Source of the DNA: Candidatus Marinacidobacterales bacterium
GTDB lineage: Bacteria; Acidobacteriota; Vicinamibacteria; Marinacidobacterales; DATDRI01
Assembly (NCBI GenBank): GCA_965219415.1
Contig: CBDCNP010000002.1
Location: 4,384,001 to 4,448,000, forward strand
Length of the DNA: 64,000 nt
Direction of reading: 5' to 3'
This document shows positions 55,181-64,000 of the stretch, in pieces (the first letter of the stretch is position 1; every line of letters begins with the position of its first letter). Both the position numbers and the translations under genes were made by a program. The notes under the pieces are model-generated. The model worked only from the letters and a program-made list of their open reading frames with translations, had not been told where the DNA came from and did not search any database.

Positions 55181-56610
55181 ATGCACGAAACGCCTTCGTT
55201 CTCGGCACCCGTTCAGCTTCGCAAGATTCTCCGCGGGCACGACGTTCTTGGCCTCGCCTTCGGGGCGATGGTTGGCTGGGGGTGGGTCGTTCTGGCGCGC
55301 GAGATGATCGATCGCGCCGGCACGCTTGGCTCCGCCCTGGCCTTCGTCGTGGGCGCCGTCATGGTGCTGCTGGTCGGGCTGACCTACGCCGAGCTCACCT
55401 CTGCCCTTTCGCGCGCCGGCGGCGAGCTCAGCTTCACCTACCTCGGTCTTGGCCCGAAAGCATCGTACTTTTGCGGATGGTCGCTGGTTCTTGCCTACCT
55501 AGCGGTCTGCGCTTTCGAAGCGGTGGCGCTTCCGACCGTGGTCGGCTACGTCTTTGAGGATTTCGACAAGGGTTACTTGTACACGGTCGCCGGATGGGAC
55601 GTCCACTTGAGCTGGCTGGTGCTCGGCATCGTGGGCACCGGGCTGATCGGTGCCATCAACTACTTCGGGATACGCATCGCCTCCTTTCTGCAATGGTCCG
55701 CGACGGCGCTGCTCTTTCTGATCGGGCTTTCCTTTTTCATTCCCGGCAACATCCGCGGAGACCTCAGCAACCTGGTTCCATACTTCACCAGCACCGAGGG
55801 CTTCCTCCGTGTGGTCATCATGACGCCTTTCTTGTTCCTGGGGTTCGACGTCATTCCCCAGGTGGCGGAGGAAGTAGACATCCCGTTTCGCGCCGTGGGC
55901 CGGCTGATTTTGGTTTCCATCTGTCTCGCCCTCGGCTGGTACGTGCTCGTTCAATGGACGGTGGGGTTGACGCTGGATCAACAAGCCCTAGCTCATACGG
56001 AGCTCGCGACAGCCGATGCGATGAGCACGGTGTATCGAGCCCTTGGGCGGCACGAGTCCTCATCTTCGGTGGACTCTTGGGAATCCTCACCAGTTGGAAC
56101 GCTTTTTTCATCGGCTCCTCCCGATTGATGTTCGCCATGTCGCGAGGCGGGATGCCTCCCGAAATGTTCTCGCGTCTTCACCCCCGTTATGAGTCACCGG
56201 TGGCGGTCATCATTCTTGTCACCTTGGTGACAGCTCTTTCGCTTTTCTTCGGACGACGAGCATTGGTCTGGTTCGTAGACGCGGGAGGGCTGGCCGCGGT
56301 CCTGGCCTACTTCTTCGTTACGGTCTCGTTTCTGACCATCCGCGGGAAGTACCCCACGCTCGATCGGCCGTATCGAGTGCCCGCGGCACGCCTGGTCGGC
56401 ACCCTCGCCGTCTTGAGCACGGTGCTCTTCGTTCTCCTCTACCTGCCCGGTAGCCCTTCCGCGCTACTTTGGCCGGAGGAGTGGATCATCGTCCTCGCCT
56501 GGGCGGTTCTCGGTCTCGTTTTCTTCACCGGAGCACGAAAGCGTGCCGCCGCCATGGGGGCCAAGGCGCAAAGAGAAGCCATTCTGGGACCTTACGCGAA
56601 GAAAATCTGA
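55181..56610 (+). pseudogene. APC-family amino acid permease, frameshift near 56040
   Basis: LAFGAMVGWGW, YAELTSA...AGGE, FLGFDVIPQ; continues SRLMFAMSRGG in another frame. Confidence 0.85.
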
Positions 56611-56640
56611 GCGTGGAACTTCCTTGGAATTGAGCTGAGC

Positions 56641-57048
56641 GTGGCTATAGACTTCCCCCGGAGCGTCGGCCACCTGTTGCGCCATCAAGCCGAGCGCTTC
56701 GGTGAGACAATCCTTGGACGTACTGGCGGTGCGAGAGGATCTCCTCAACCTTCAGTACACGTCGGGGACGACGGGTTTTCCCAAGGGGTGCATGCTCCAA
56801 GAGGTCAAGGCGTTCGTTCAACTTCGACCCGATGAGACTAGAGAAACGGTGCCACCGACGGAGCTTCTCGATTTCGTACGACAGAGAATCGCCCCTTTTA
56901 CGCGTGCTCATCATCACCGGTCAGGGACGCGCCTTCTGCGCCGGTGAAGACTTGAAGGAGCTCGACGCCCTGCTCCAAGGTCAGAACGTCCGAGAAAAGT
57001 GTGCGGGCATTCATTGAGAAGCGCCCTCCGATCTATCGAGGGGTCTAA
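56641..57048 (+). pseudogene. Collapsed acyl-CoA ligase and enoyl-CoA hydratase remnants
   Basis: LLRHQAERFG / LQYTSGTTGFPKGCML / EVKAFVQL...RIAPF / VLIITGQGRAFCAGEDL / AFIEKRPPIYRG within 400 bp. Confidence 0.75.
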
Positions 57049-57069
57049 GCGCATCTACCTATTCAAGCG

Positions 57070-57552
57070 ATGACAACGCACCGAAACTACTGGCTAATGA
57101 AAAGCGAGCCCAACGTCTACAGCATCGACGATCTCAAGAAGGAGCGCTCGACCTACTGGAACGGGGTTCGGAATTTCAAGGCCCGCAACTATATGAAGGA
57201 GATGAAGGTGGGCGACGGGGTTTTTTTTTACCACTCCAACGCCGACCCCAAAGGCATCGTCGGCTTGGCTCGCGTCCGCAAAGAGGCCTATCCTGACTTC
57301 ACCCAGTACGACAAGAAGAACAAGTACTTCGAGCCCCGGGCAACCAAAGAGAAGCCCTATTGGTACATGGTGGACATCGAGTTCGTCTCGAAGTTCAAAG
57401 AGCCCGCCACGCTGCAAGAGCTTCGCGAGACCCGAGAGCTGGAGGGAATGTCTCTGCTCAAGAAGGGGCAGAGGCTCTCGGTGCAACGGGTGACGCCCGA
57501 GGAGTGGAAGAAGATCTGTAAGATGGCCGGCGCCGAGTTCCCCGGCGACTAA
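57070..57552 (+). CDS. EVE domain protein
   Basis: YWLMKSEP, WNGVRNFKARN, GDGVFFYHS, RLSVQRV. Confidence 0.92.
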   Translation: MTTHRNYWLMKSEPNVYSIDDLKKERSTYWNGVRNFKARNYMKEMKVGDGVFFYHSNADPKGIVGLARVRKEAYPDFTQYDKKNKYFEPRATKEKPYWYMVDIEFVSKFKEPATLQELRETRELEGMSLLKKGQRLSVQRVTPEEWKKICKMAGAEFPGD

Positions 57553-57554
57553 AA

Positions 57555-57734
57555 GTCGTGGTTTCAACGGGGCAGCCGGTGGGCCGGGTGGGCAATTCGG
57601 GTAACACGAGCGAGCCGCATCTCCACATGCACGCGGTACGCAACTGGGGTGACGACCTGCTCCGAAGCGGTGAAGGTGTGCCGATGTTGTTCGAGGGGCG
57701 CTTCTTGGTGCGTAACGACAGAGTGCGACGGTAG
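57555..57734 (+). pseudogene. M23 peptidase C-terminal remnant
   Basis: GQPVGRVGNSGNTSEPHLHMH. Confidence 0.75.
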
Positions 57735-57825
57735 GCGTGCCTGTTTTCGCACCCACACGGAGGAGAATGCACCTCGACTCCCGTACTGATGGCAGTCAGA
57801 ATCTCAATTGTTGCACCACCCTTGG

Positions 57826-58002
57826 TCGGTCGGTTTCGGAGTGACGCGGTTAGGCGAACAAGCTGATCCCATTGGCCTCGAATAAGATCCGTATCAACGC
57901 TCGCCCGAAAGAGGGAATCGAGGTCTCCGCACACCGCAGCGCGGTCAAGCTTGTAGAGCGGTTGGTCTTTGAGATCCTTGAGGCGAGGCATGAACGAATA
58001 AC
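57826..58002 (-). pseudogene. Tn3-family transposase internal fragment
   Basis: FMPRLKDLKDQPLY...LIRGQWDQLVRLTASL. Confidence 0.75.
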
Positions 58003-58038
58003 CCCGTCGTGTGCCAAAACTCGGCCCTTTTGAAATAG

Positions 58039-58905
58039 TGAAGTGACCCCGCTTTCGTGGACAGGTTAAGAGTTAGGGATCAAGCGTCGCGATAGTACCT
58101 CCTTTCGAATTGGATAGGCGAGCAATAGTCGATGGCGGAGTGTCGTCGTCGCGGGTTGTACCAGCCTTCGATGAAATCGAAGGTCGCCATGCGCGCCTCA
58201 GCGTGGTAGCGAAACGACCGGCGCTCGATCAGCTCGCACTCGAGCGTCGCGAAGAAGCTCTCGCACATCGCATTGTCGTAACAGTCCCCGACCGAACCCA
58301 TCGACGGTCGCACCCCGGCCTCCCGGCATCGCTGGCCGAACGCTAGTGACGTGTACTGCGTGCCCTGGTCCGAGTGATGGATGACGTCGCCGGGCTTGCG
58401 TTGGAACAGCGCCATGTCGAGGGCGCTCAAGACGAGCGACGTCCGCAGGTGGGTAGCCATTGCCCATCCGACGATGCGTCGGCTGAAGGCGTCCAGCACG
58501 ACGGCGAGGAACAAGAAGCCCGACCACGTGGGCACGTAGGTGATATCGGCGACCCACAGGCGGTCGGGCCGGTCCACCTCGAAATTCCTGTCGACGAGAT
58601 CGGGGGCGGGACGGGCGTCGTCACAGCGAATCGTAGTGTGCGCCCTCTTGCGCCGGTGAACACCTTGAATGCCAGCCTCGCGCATCAGCCGCGCTACACG
58701 CTTGCGTGAGACGTGGAGCTCGTGTGTCTCTCGTAGCTCGTGGAGGATCCTCGGCGCGCCGTACGTGCTCCGCGACGCGGTGTGAATCGCCCGGATCTTC
58801 TCAAGCAACTCCGCATCCGACACCGCGCGGGCCGACGGGGCACGCTCAAGCCACGCATAGTAGCCGCTGGCGGAGACGTCCAGCAGTCGGCACATCGTGG
58901 CAACC
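58039..58905 (-). mobile_element. IS3 lineage 1, copy 3 (orfA side deleted)
   Basis: Near-identical to 22988-23853; cut by a lineage-C end. Confidence 0.92.
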
Positions 58906-59834
58906 CGTCCTGTGCCAAAACTCAGCCCTTTTGAAATAGGCCATAAATCAGCAGCTTAGTGTCTGTGTTTGCGACCGGGCTAAGGGCCGTGGGCTTTACA
59001 ATCGTCTGGCCCGAGGGTGTTATCTTCAGCTCCATGATGACCTACCACGTGCAATTCCTACTGCTCGTTCTGGCTGGCTGGGTCAACCGCCAGCAGCAGG
59101 ATGTGATCGACTACCAGCAAGAGGAGAACCGTGTGCTCCGAGCCGGGCTTCGGGGCAAGCGTCTCAGGCTCTCGGACGACGAGCGGCGCAGGCTCGCCGT
59201 CAAGGCCCAGGCCTTGGGCCGCGATGTGCTGGCCCAGATTGCCTCAGTTGCCACACCCTCTACGCTGCTGCGCTGGTATCGCTACCTCATCGCAGCCAAG
59301 TACGATGGCAGCAAGAACCGGAGCCCAGGCCGACCTCCCACGGCGAAGGACATCCGTGAGCTCATGGTACGCATGGCGCGGGAGAACCCGACGTGGGAAT
59401 ATACGCGCCTGCAGGGCGCACTCAAGAACCTTGGACATGAACTCGGACGCAACACCATCAAGAGGGTCCTCGCCGAGCACGGTATCGCGCCTGCCCCGGA
59501 GCGAGGCAAGAGCATGTCGTGGAGCACCTTCATCAAGGCTCATGGGGGCGCTATCGCCGCGACAGACCTGTTCACCGTCGAAGTGGTGAACCCGTTCGGG
59601 CTCGTCCGCTACCATGTCCTGTTTGTCATCGATATCGTCACCCGCTGCGTGTGCATCGGTGGGATAACTTCGGACCCCAACGGAGAGTGGATGAAGCAGG
59701 TAGCAAGAAACCTCACGCGGAAAGATTCGTTCTCTCCATACGTCGAGAATGTCTCGACCGCTTCGTACCTCTCAGTGAGGGACACCTGCGGACAGCGGTA
59801 ACCGAATACGTCGTGCACTATCACACAGAACGGA
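58906..59834 (+). mobile_element. rve lineage C: left end and internally deleted transposase (from 59035)
   Basis: CGTCCTGTGCCAAAACTC end; [24 protein letters not shown]; jumps to [13 protein letters not shown]. Confidence 0.8.
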
Positions 59835-60000
59835 GGTGCTTGCGCTGTTTACTGTTGGTGATGTGTACGCATCCCTTTGCAAAAAAGGCGCTTACGCTCC
59901 ATTTAGCGCGCAGCGAAGGTAACGAGCGCTATTTTGGCTGTAATTTAGTGCACCGTAAAGTCTTAGCGTTATCTCACCAACACTTAATGGCGGAAGCACC
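59835..60000 (+). repeat. IS1-end MITE, copy 8
   Basis: 166-bp match to the family. Confidence 0.9.
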
Positions 60001-60078
60001 AATTTTCGAACACGACGACCTTCGTAAGCAGTGATTGCGCCGGCCCGGGGAGTGGTAGTATCATTTTGGTAGGTTCGA

Positions 60079-60807
60079 ATGAAACACATCAGACTGGTTG
60101 AGGCCTTCGTGCCAAAGAAAGATCGGTCGGAGGAACTGCGTCGCCAAGTAAACGAGCGCTATGGCGGCGAGGGTTTGACCCTCAGCGTAGGCTACCCAGA
60201 AGGGGAACCGGAGCTCGAAACAACGGAATCCGTCACCGCGCTCAGCCTTTCTGTACCCCAGCTCATCACGGATGCCGTGAAGGCCGAGCGGGAAGGGGTG
60301 GATGGAATCGTCGTCAACTGCATGGCCGATCCCGGCGTGCGGGAGATGCGCGAGAATGTTGCCATCCCGGTGCTCGGGCCCGGCCAAACCTCGATGCATG
60401 TGGCCACCTTGGTGGGGCGACGGTTTAGTCTCCTGGTGACCAGCGAGTTCTCTGCGCGTTATTTCGAGGAACAGGCGGAGAAGGTAGGGCTGGGCGCGCG
60501 GCTCGCATCCTGCGAAGTAGTTGGTATTCCGCCCGATGAGATAGGGGCCGATCCAGGACGAACCAAAGCTTTACTGGTCGAAGCGGCCCGGAGAGCGATC
60601 TGCGGAGCGAATGCTGACACGCTAGTGCTTTGCTGCACGGGGTTTGCATTTCTTGCCGGAGATCTCCGGAAGAAACTAGAGGCCATGAAGTTGAGCGTGC
60701 CCCTCATCGACCCGCTTGCCGTCACCATCCATACACTGGCGGTTCTCCTGGATGCTGGGCTCACCCACAGCCGAATCGCTTATCCCGGTATTCGTGCGTC
60801 CCCATAG
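60079..60807 (+). CDS. Hydantoin/Asp-Glu racemase family protein
   Basis: VVNCMADPG, IPVLGP, LVLCCTG, PLIDP. Confidence 0.85.
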   Translation: MKHIRLVEAFVPKKDRSEELRRQVNERYGGEGLTLSVGYPEGEPELETTESVTALSLSVPQLITDAVKAEREGVDGIVVNCMADPGVREMRENVAIPVLGPGQTSMHVATLVGRRFSLLVTSEFSARYFEEQAEKVGLGARLASCEVVGIPPDEIGADPGRTKALLVEAARRAICGANADTLVLCCTGFAFLAGDLRKKLEAMKLSVPLIDPLAVTIHTLAVLLDAGLTHSRIAYPGIRASP

Positions 60808-61505
60808 TGTCCCATTAATCGGCCGAGCCTGGAACCCCGAGGTTTCGGCTATCCTCCCGGCATGGTCGATGCGATCGCCCTCTCCACTGATTCGACCTTG
60901 CCCTGAGGGCCTGCCTTCGGGAACGCGAGGCCGAGACCCTCGCGTACCTGCTCCAGGAGCACCGCACGCTTCGGTGTGCCTTCTATTTATTCATCCGCGT
61001 GCACCGAACTTGATTAGTCTCCGGTCTGCCAGCACCATGCCGGCATGATTTCGTCGTTGGTTCCCGCTCTCATCTCTGCCTTCAAGGCTCGTCGCGAGCT
61101 GGCTCTTGAGAATGTCGCTCTTCGACAGCAGCTCGCCGTCCTCCGCCGTTCGGTGAAACGCGTCGTGTCCAATAACACAAACGAACTCAAGATCCTTGCG
61201 CCGCCTTGGCCCGGTCGCAAACACAGACATCACCGAACGTTCGCTCCCTGGATTCTGTGCGGATTCCAAGGGCATCTAAGCTGCTGATTTGTGGTCTATT
61301 TCAAAAGGGCCGAGTTTTGGCACAGGACGCGGTCGCTGTCGAGAGCGAGCAGGATCTGAAATCCGGCTCTTGCGAACCCTTCGGAGAGCCCGCCGGCGCC
61401 GCAGAACAGATCCCGTGAGGTCAAAATACTCATGCGGCTTCCCGATGGTGGAAACGTAGCAACCCGCCAAGCCGTTCACGGGAGCGCACCTTGCGCTCGG
61501 ACTGA

Positions 61506-61672
61506 GGTGCTTGCGCTGTTTGCTGTTGGTGATGTGTACGTATCCCTTTGCAAAAAAAAGCGCTTACGCTCCATTTAGCGCGCGGCGAAGGTCGCGAGCG
61601 CTATTTTGGCTGTAATTTAATGCAGCGTGAAGTCTTAGCGTCATCTCACCAACACTTAATGGCAGAAGCACC
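61506..61672 (+). repeat. IS1-end MITE, copy 9 (167 bp)
   Basis: Match to the family with one extra A. Confidence 0.9.
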
Positions 61673-61704
61673 ACACCCTGAGAGATGCTCCCTAGCCCAT
61701 CGGC

Positions 61705-62097
61705 CTAACCGGATAGGTCGATCCGCAGCGCGGTATGGCGAGCCAGCACGTCGAAGTCGCTGTCGTGGTGAAGGATGGCCGCACCGGCGCGAATGGCGAC
61801 CGAGCCGATGAGACAGTCAATCAGCCTGCGAACGGTCTCGCCCTCACGCCGGCAAAGGCGATACAGAGCAGCCGCTTCCTCATAGTCTGCTGGCTCGGTC
61901 GGCAGAATGCTTGCCCGCGCGAGGAGACCGCGCAAGTGCCGCAGGTGCCGTTCGTCCCGCGCGCCAGCGAGTACCTCCATGCGGATTGCGTCGCAAACCG
62001 CTACCTCACCTTCCAGAACCGCCTCGACGCGGTTGCAGGCAGTTGACCCCGTGTCGCGAAGAAACTCGATCCATGCCGATGTGTCGATCAGGATCAC
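61705..62097 (-). CDS. vapC: VapC PIN-domain toxin
   Basis: LIDTSAWI, MEVLAG, IDCLI, HHDSDF. Confidence 0.92.
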   Translation of the reverse strand: MILIDTSAWIEFLRDTGSTACNRVEAVLEGEVAVCDAIRMEVLAGARDERHLRHLRGLLARASILPTEPADYEEAAALYRLCRREGETVRRLIDCLIGSVAIRAGAAILHHDSDFDVLARHTALRIDLSG

Positions 62098-62297
62098 GTC
62101 GTGCGACCGGATCGCAAATCATTGAGGTCGCCTTCCCAGCCGGACCCACGCAGCCGCCGGGCATCGTCGATGTCGAGAGGTTCCGCCGCCACCGCCCGCA
62201 ACGCGAAATTGACCGCCTCGCGCTTCGTCCTCAGTCGGTAACGGCGCATCACCTCTGCACAGGCTTCCTCGTCAATATCTACATTGGTACGCGCCAT
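62094..62297 (-). CDS. vapB: VapB antitoxin
   Basis: RTNVDID...TKREAVNFALR...GSGWEGDL; overlaps vapC. Confidence 0.9.
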   Translation of the reverse strand: MARTNVDIDEEACAEVMRRYRLRTKREAVNFALRAVAAEPLDIDDARRLRGSGWEGDLNDLRSGRTT

Positions 62298-62385
62298 GTG
62301 CTAAGCATACACCATAAATTGGCCCGGGTTCACCAAGCTCACGCCATTGATGAAATCCTCTTCCCGTCCTGTGCCAAAACTCGGC

Positions 62386-62804
62386 TGTCCATCATCATTA
62401 TTAATCCGGGACTGGACTCTAGGGCCCGGACCGCCCTCGAGCACATGCTGGAGAGCGTGGTCAGCGCGCGAGGGAAGGTGCTGAGGACGAACTTCTCGGC
62501 GACCAGCCGAGTAACGCGAGCGACCAAGCTGACTCAGGCTGCCTCTCGCCACTCGTATCGATGGTGCAGTCCACCGACTCGCGGCAGTGCGACTACTTTC
62601 GCCGTAGGAGACGGTCGGTGCGTGACCGTTCTCAAGCTCGGTGTGTCCTTGTTCAGCCCCAAGTGGCAACGGTCCTCATGATAGTAGCTGATGTAAGCTC
62701 GCACGAGCCGGATGAGATGACATGCACCGAGAACCACGACGTGCTCAAGGAGCTCGCGACGGCAGCTGCCGACCCACCGCTCCGCGGTTCCGTTTTGCCA
62801 TGGG
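62386..62804 (-). mobile_element. rve lineage A 3' fragment, cut by an IS1 end at 62807
   Basis: Right end TGTCCATCATCA; ...GGLHHRYEWREAA. Confidence 0.88.
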
Positions 62805-63126
62805 GCGGTGCTTCCGCAGTCAAGTGTTGGCGGGCCGCCGCGTAACCTGTTCGCGTGCTAGAATTTTAGCCTGATTTCGAGAGGCGCAGTTCTTTCGTCA
62901 ATGCCGGCTGGGCCGAGTTTTGGCACAGGACGGCATAGAGTCCGTGTGCGCCCCGCCTATCGCGGAGCACCCGTGGCCGAATCACGGCGGAGGACAACGA
63001 TGGAGCCTGACCAGAAGCCCGCTGCGCTGAACGGTTCCCCCGCTGATGCTCAGGGTGCCGACCATAATAATGATGAAGGTCACGCAACCGAAGCACCGGA
63101 AATTTCCTAATTCCATGCCCCCTCCA

Positions 63127-63873
63127 CTAGAATCTGAACCTGATGCCGCCTCCTGCCCGTAAACCGCCAGCAGTGAACGACACGGCTTCGCTTCCATCTG
63201 GCATCACCTCGATGGCCGCTTGGCTGAAGCGGGCCATGAATGAAACCCCGATCGATTCAGTCACGTAGTACGCGATACCAGCGCCCGTGTTGAACCCTAT
63301 CGCGATATCCTTCATGGTCACCCGGCTTGCTCCCGTCAGCGACAGGTCGTCAAACGGATATTCGGAAGCGCTGATGGCTTCTTCGATGACCTCCGTCTCC
63401 GTGGAGAAAATGCTCGGCCCAACGAATAGATCGATCTCGACCCGGGCCACGGCAATCCGGTACGCGAAGCCAAGGTGGACGGCGAGCTCAGAGTGCTCGA
63501 GCCCATCAACCGCCATGCTCGCGGTGCGTGGTCTGTCGAAAAACAAGGGATGCGGTACGGACACGTCCAGGTTTGCGTCGTGACCAACCTTGACGGCTTC
63601 TAAGCTTCCGAGTAGCGCAAACTTCGTGGTCAGCGCGAACGCCCCTCCGAACTCGAATGCCGTTCCGGTACCGCCTGAGTATGTCCCTCTGGTGGAGCCT
63701 AACTCCAGGAACTGAGTGGAGCTGGATCCGACCTCGAAAGTCCTGGCCGTGGGCTGGTAGCTCCCGTGGACAAAGATCTGGATCTTCCTCTTGGCTTGGC
63801 TGGAATCCGGCTCGTCCTGACCTCGGACGATGGATGGGGCCAGTACGAGCAGGATGACGGCCACCGCCCTCAC
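63127..63873 (-). CDS. Outer-membrane beta-barrel protein
   Basis: Signal peptide, amphipathic strands, C-terminal GGGIRFRF; GTG overlaps the upstream stop. Confidence 0.8.
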   Translation of the reverse strand: MRAVAVILLVLAPSIVRGQDEPDSSQAKRKIQIFVHGSYQPTARTFEVGSSSTQFLELGSTRGTYSGGTGTAFEFGGAFALTTKFALLGSLEAVKVGHDANLDVSVPHPLFFDRPRTASMAVDGLEHSELAVHLGFAYRIAVARVEIDLFVGPSIFSTETEVIEEAISASEYPFDDLSLTGASRVTMKDIAIGFNTGAGIAYYVTESIGVSFMARFSQAAIEVMPDGSEAVSFTAGGLRAGGGIRFRF

Positions 63874-64000
63874 TGCACACCTACCGCGTTCCACCCGGCG
63901 ATGATGTTCCGCTCTTCAGCGCTGCCCGCGCCGTATAGCTCACGGGCGGCCCGGATAGTAGCTTCCCGCGCATCGGAGAAGTTCGAGCTCGGCACCAGAT
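63870..64000 (-). CDS. M4 (thermolysin-like) peptidase C-terminus (runs off the window)
   Basis: LVPSSNFSDAREATIRAARELYG...WNAVGV. Confidence 0.75.
   Translation of the reverse strand, partial: LVPSSNFSDAREATIRAARELYGAGSAEERNIIAGWNAVGVQ

Noticed and set aside
5293-56610. Programmed frameshifts in HU, PaaI and the APC permease
   Set aside because: No slippery motifs; single-base indels are better explained by decay or long-read error.
3378-61672. 166-bp repeats as a CRISPR array or integron attC sites
   Set aside because: Too long, irregularly spaced and in both orientations; they carry IS1 TIRs; no cas or intI gene and no consistent GTTRRRY cores.
1-64000. tRNA, rRNA, reverse transcriptase or prophage structural genes
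   Set aside because: No recognisable signatures by eye; a covariance-model scan was not possible.

Overview
GC-rich bacterial DNA, possibly Acidobacteriota (weak inference from gene content). It reads as a heavily eroded mobile-element and defence graveyard. Mobile elements: three IS3 lineages, IS256, IS1-family, IS5 (IS903-like), IS91 and Tn3 remnants, and four lineages of rve/integrase-core transposons with TGT/CGT termini. There are also nine full-length copies of a ~166-bp IS1-end MITE and many solo ends. Together these chop the region into 0.1-3 kb pieces of unrelated genes. The complete IS3 and IS256 copies keep their target-site duplications (TSDs), but no IS1-type or rve-type junction I checked has one, which points to serial adjacent deletion or recombination. 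Intact cargo: a type I R-M system, a BrxD/DUF2791-like ATPase with a PcrA/UvrD-type Tudor N-terminus next to an Lhr-like helicase, two toxin-antitoxin pairs, HNH, HEPN-like and PD-(D/E)xK nucleases, and an acyl-CoA ligase. Also intact is a His-rich TonB receptor preceded by a CxxC...RAPP leader ORF and a palindromic operator. Remnants of NACHT, SAVED (CBASS), GHKL and tyrosine recombinase genes remain. No CRISPR array, rRNA or tRNA was seen. All assignments come from motif recognition by eye; no database searches were run.
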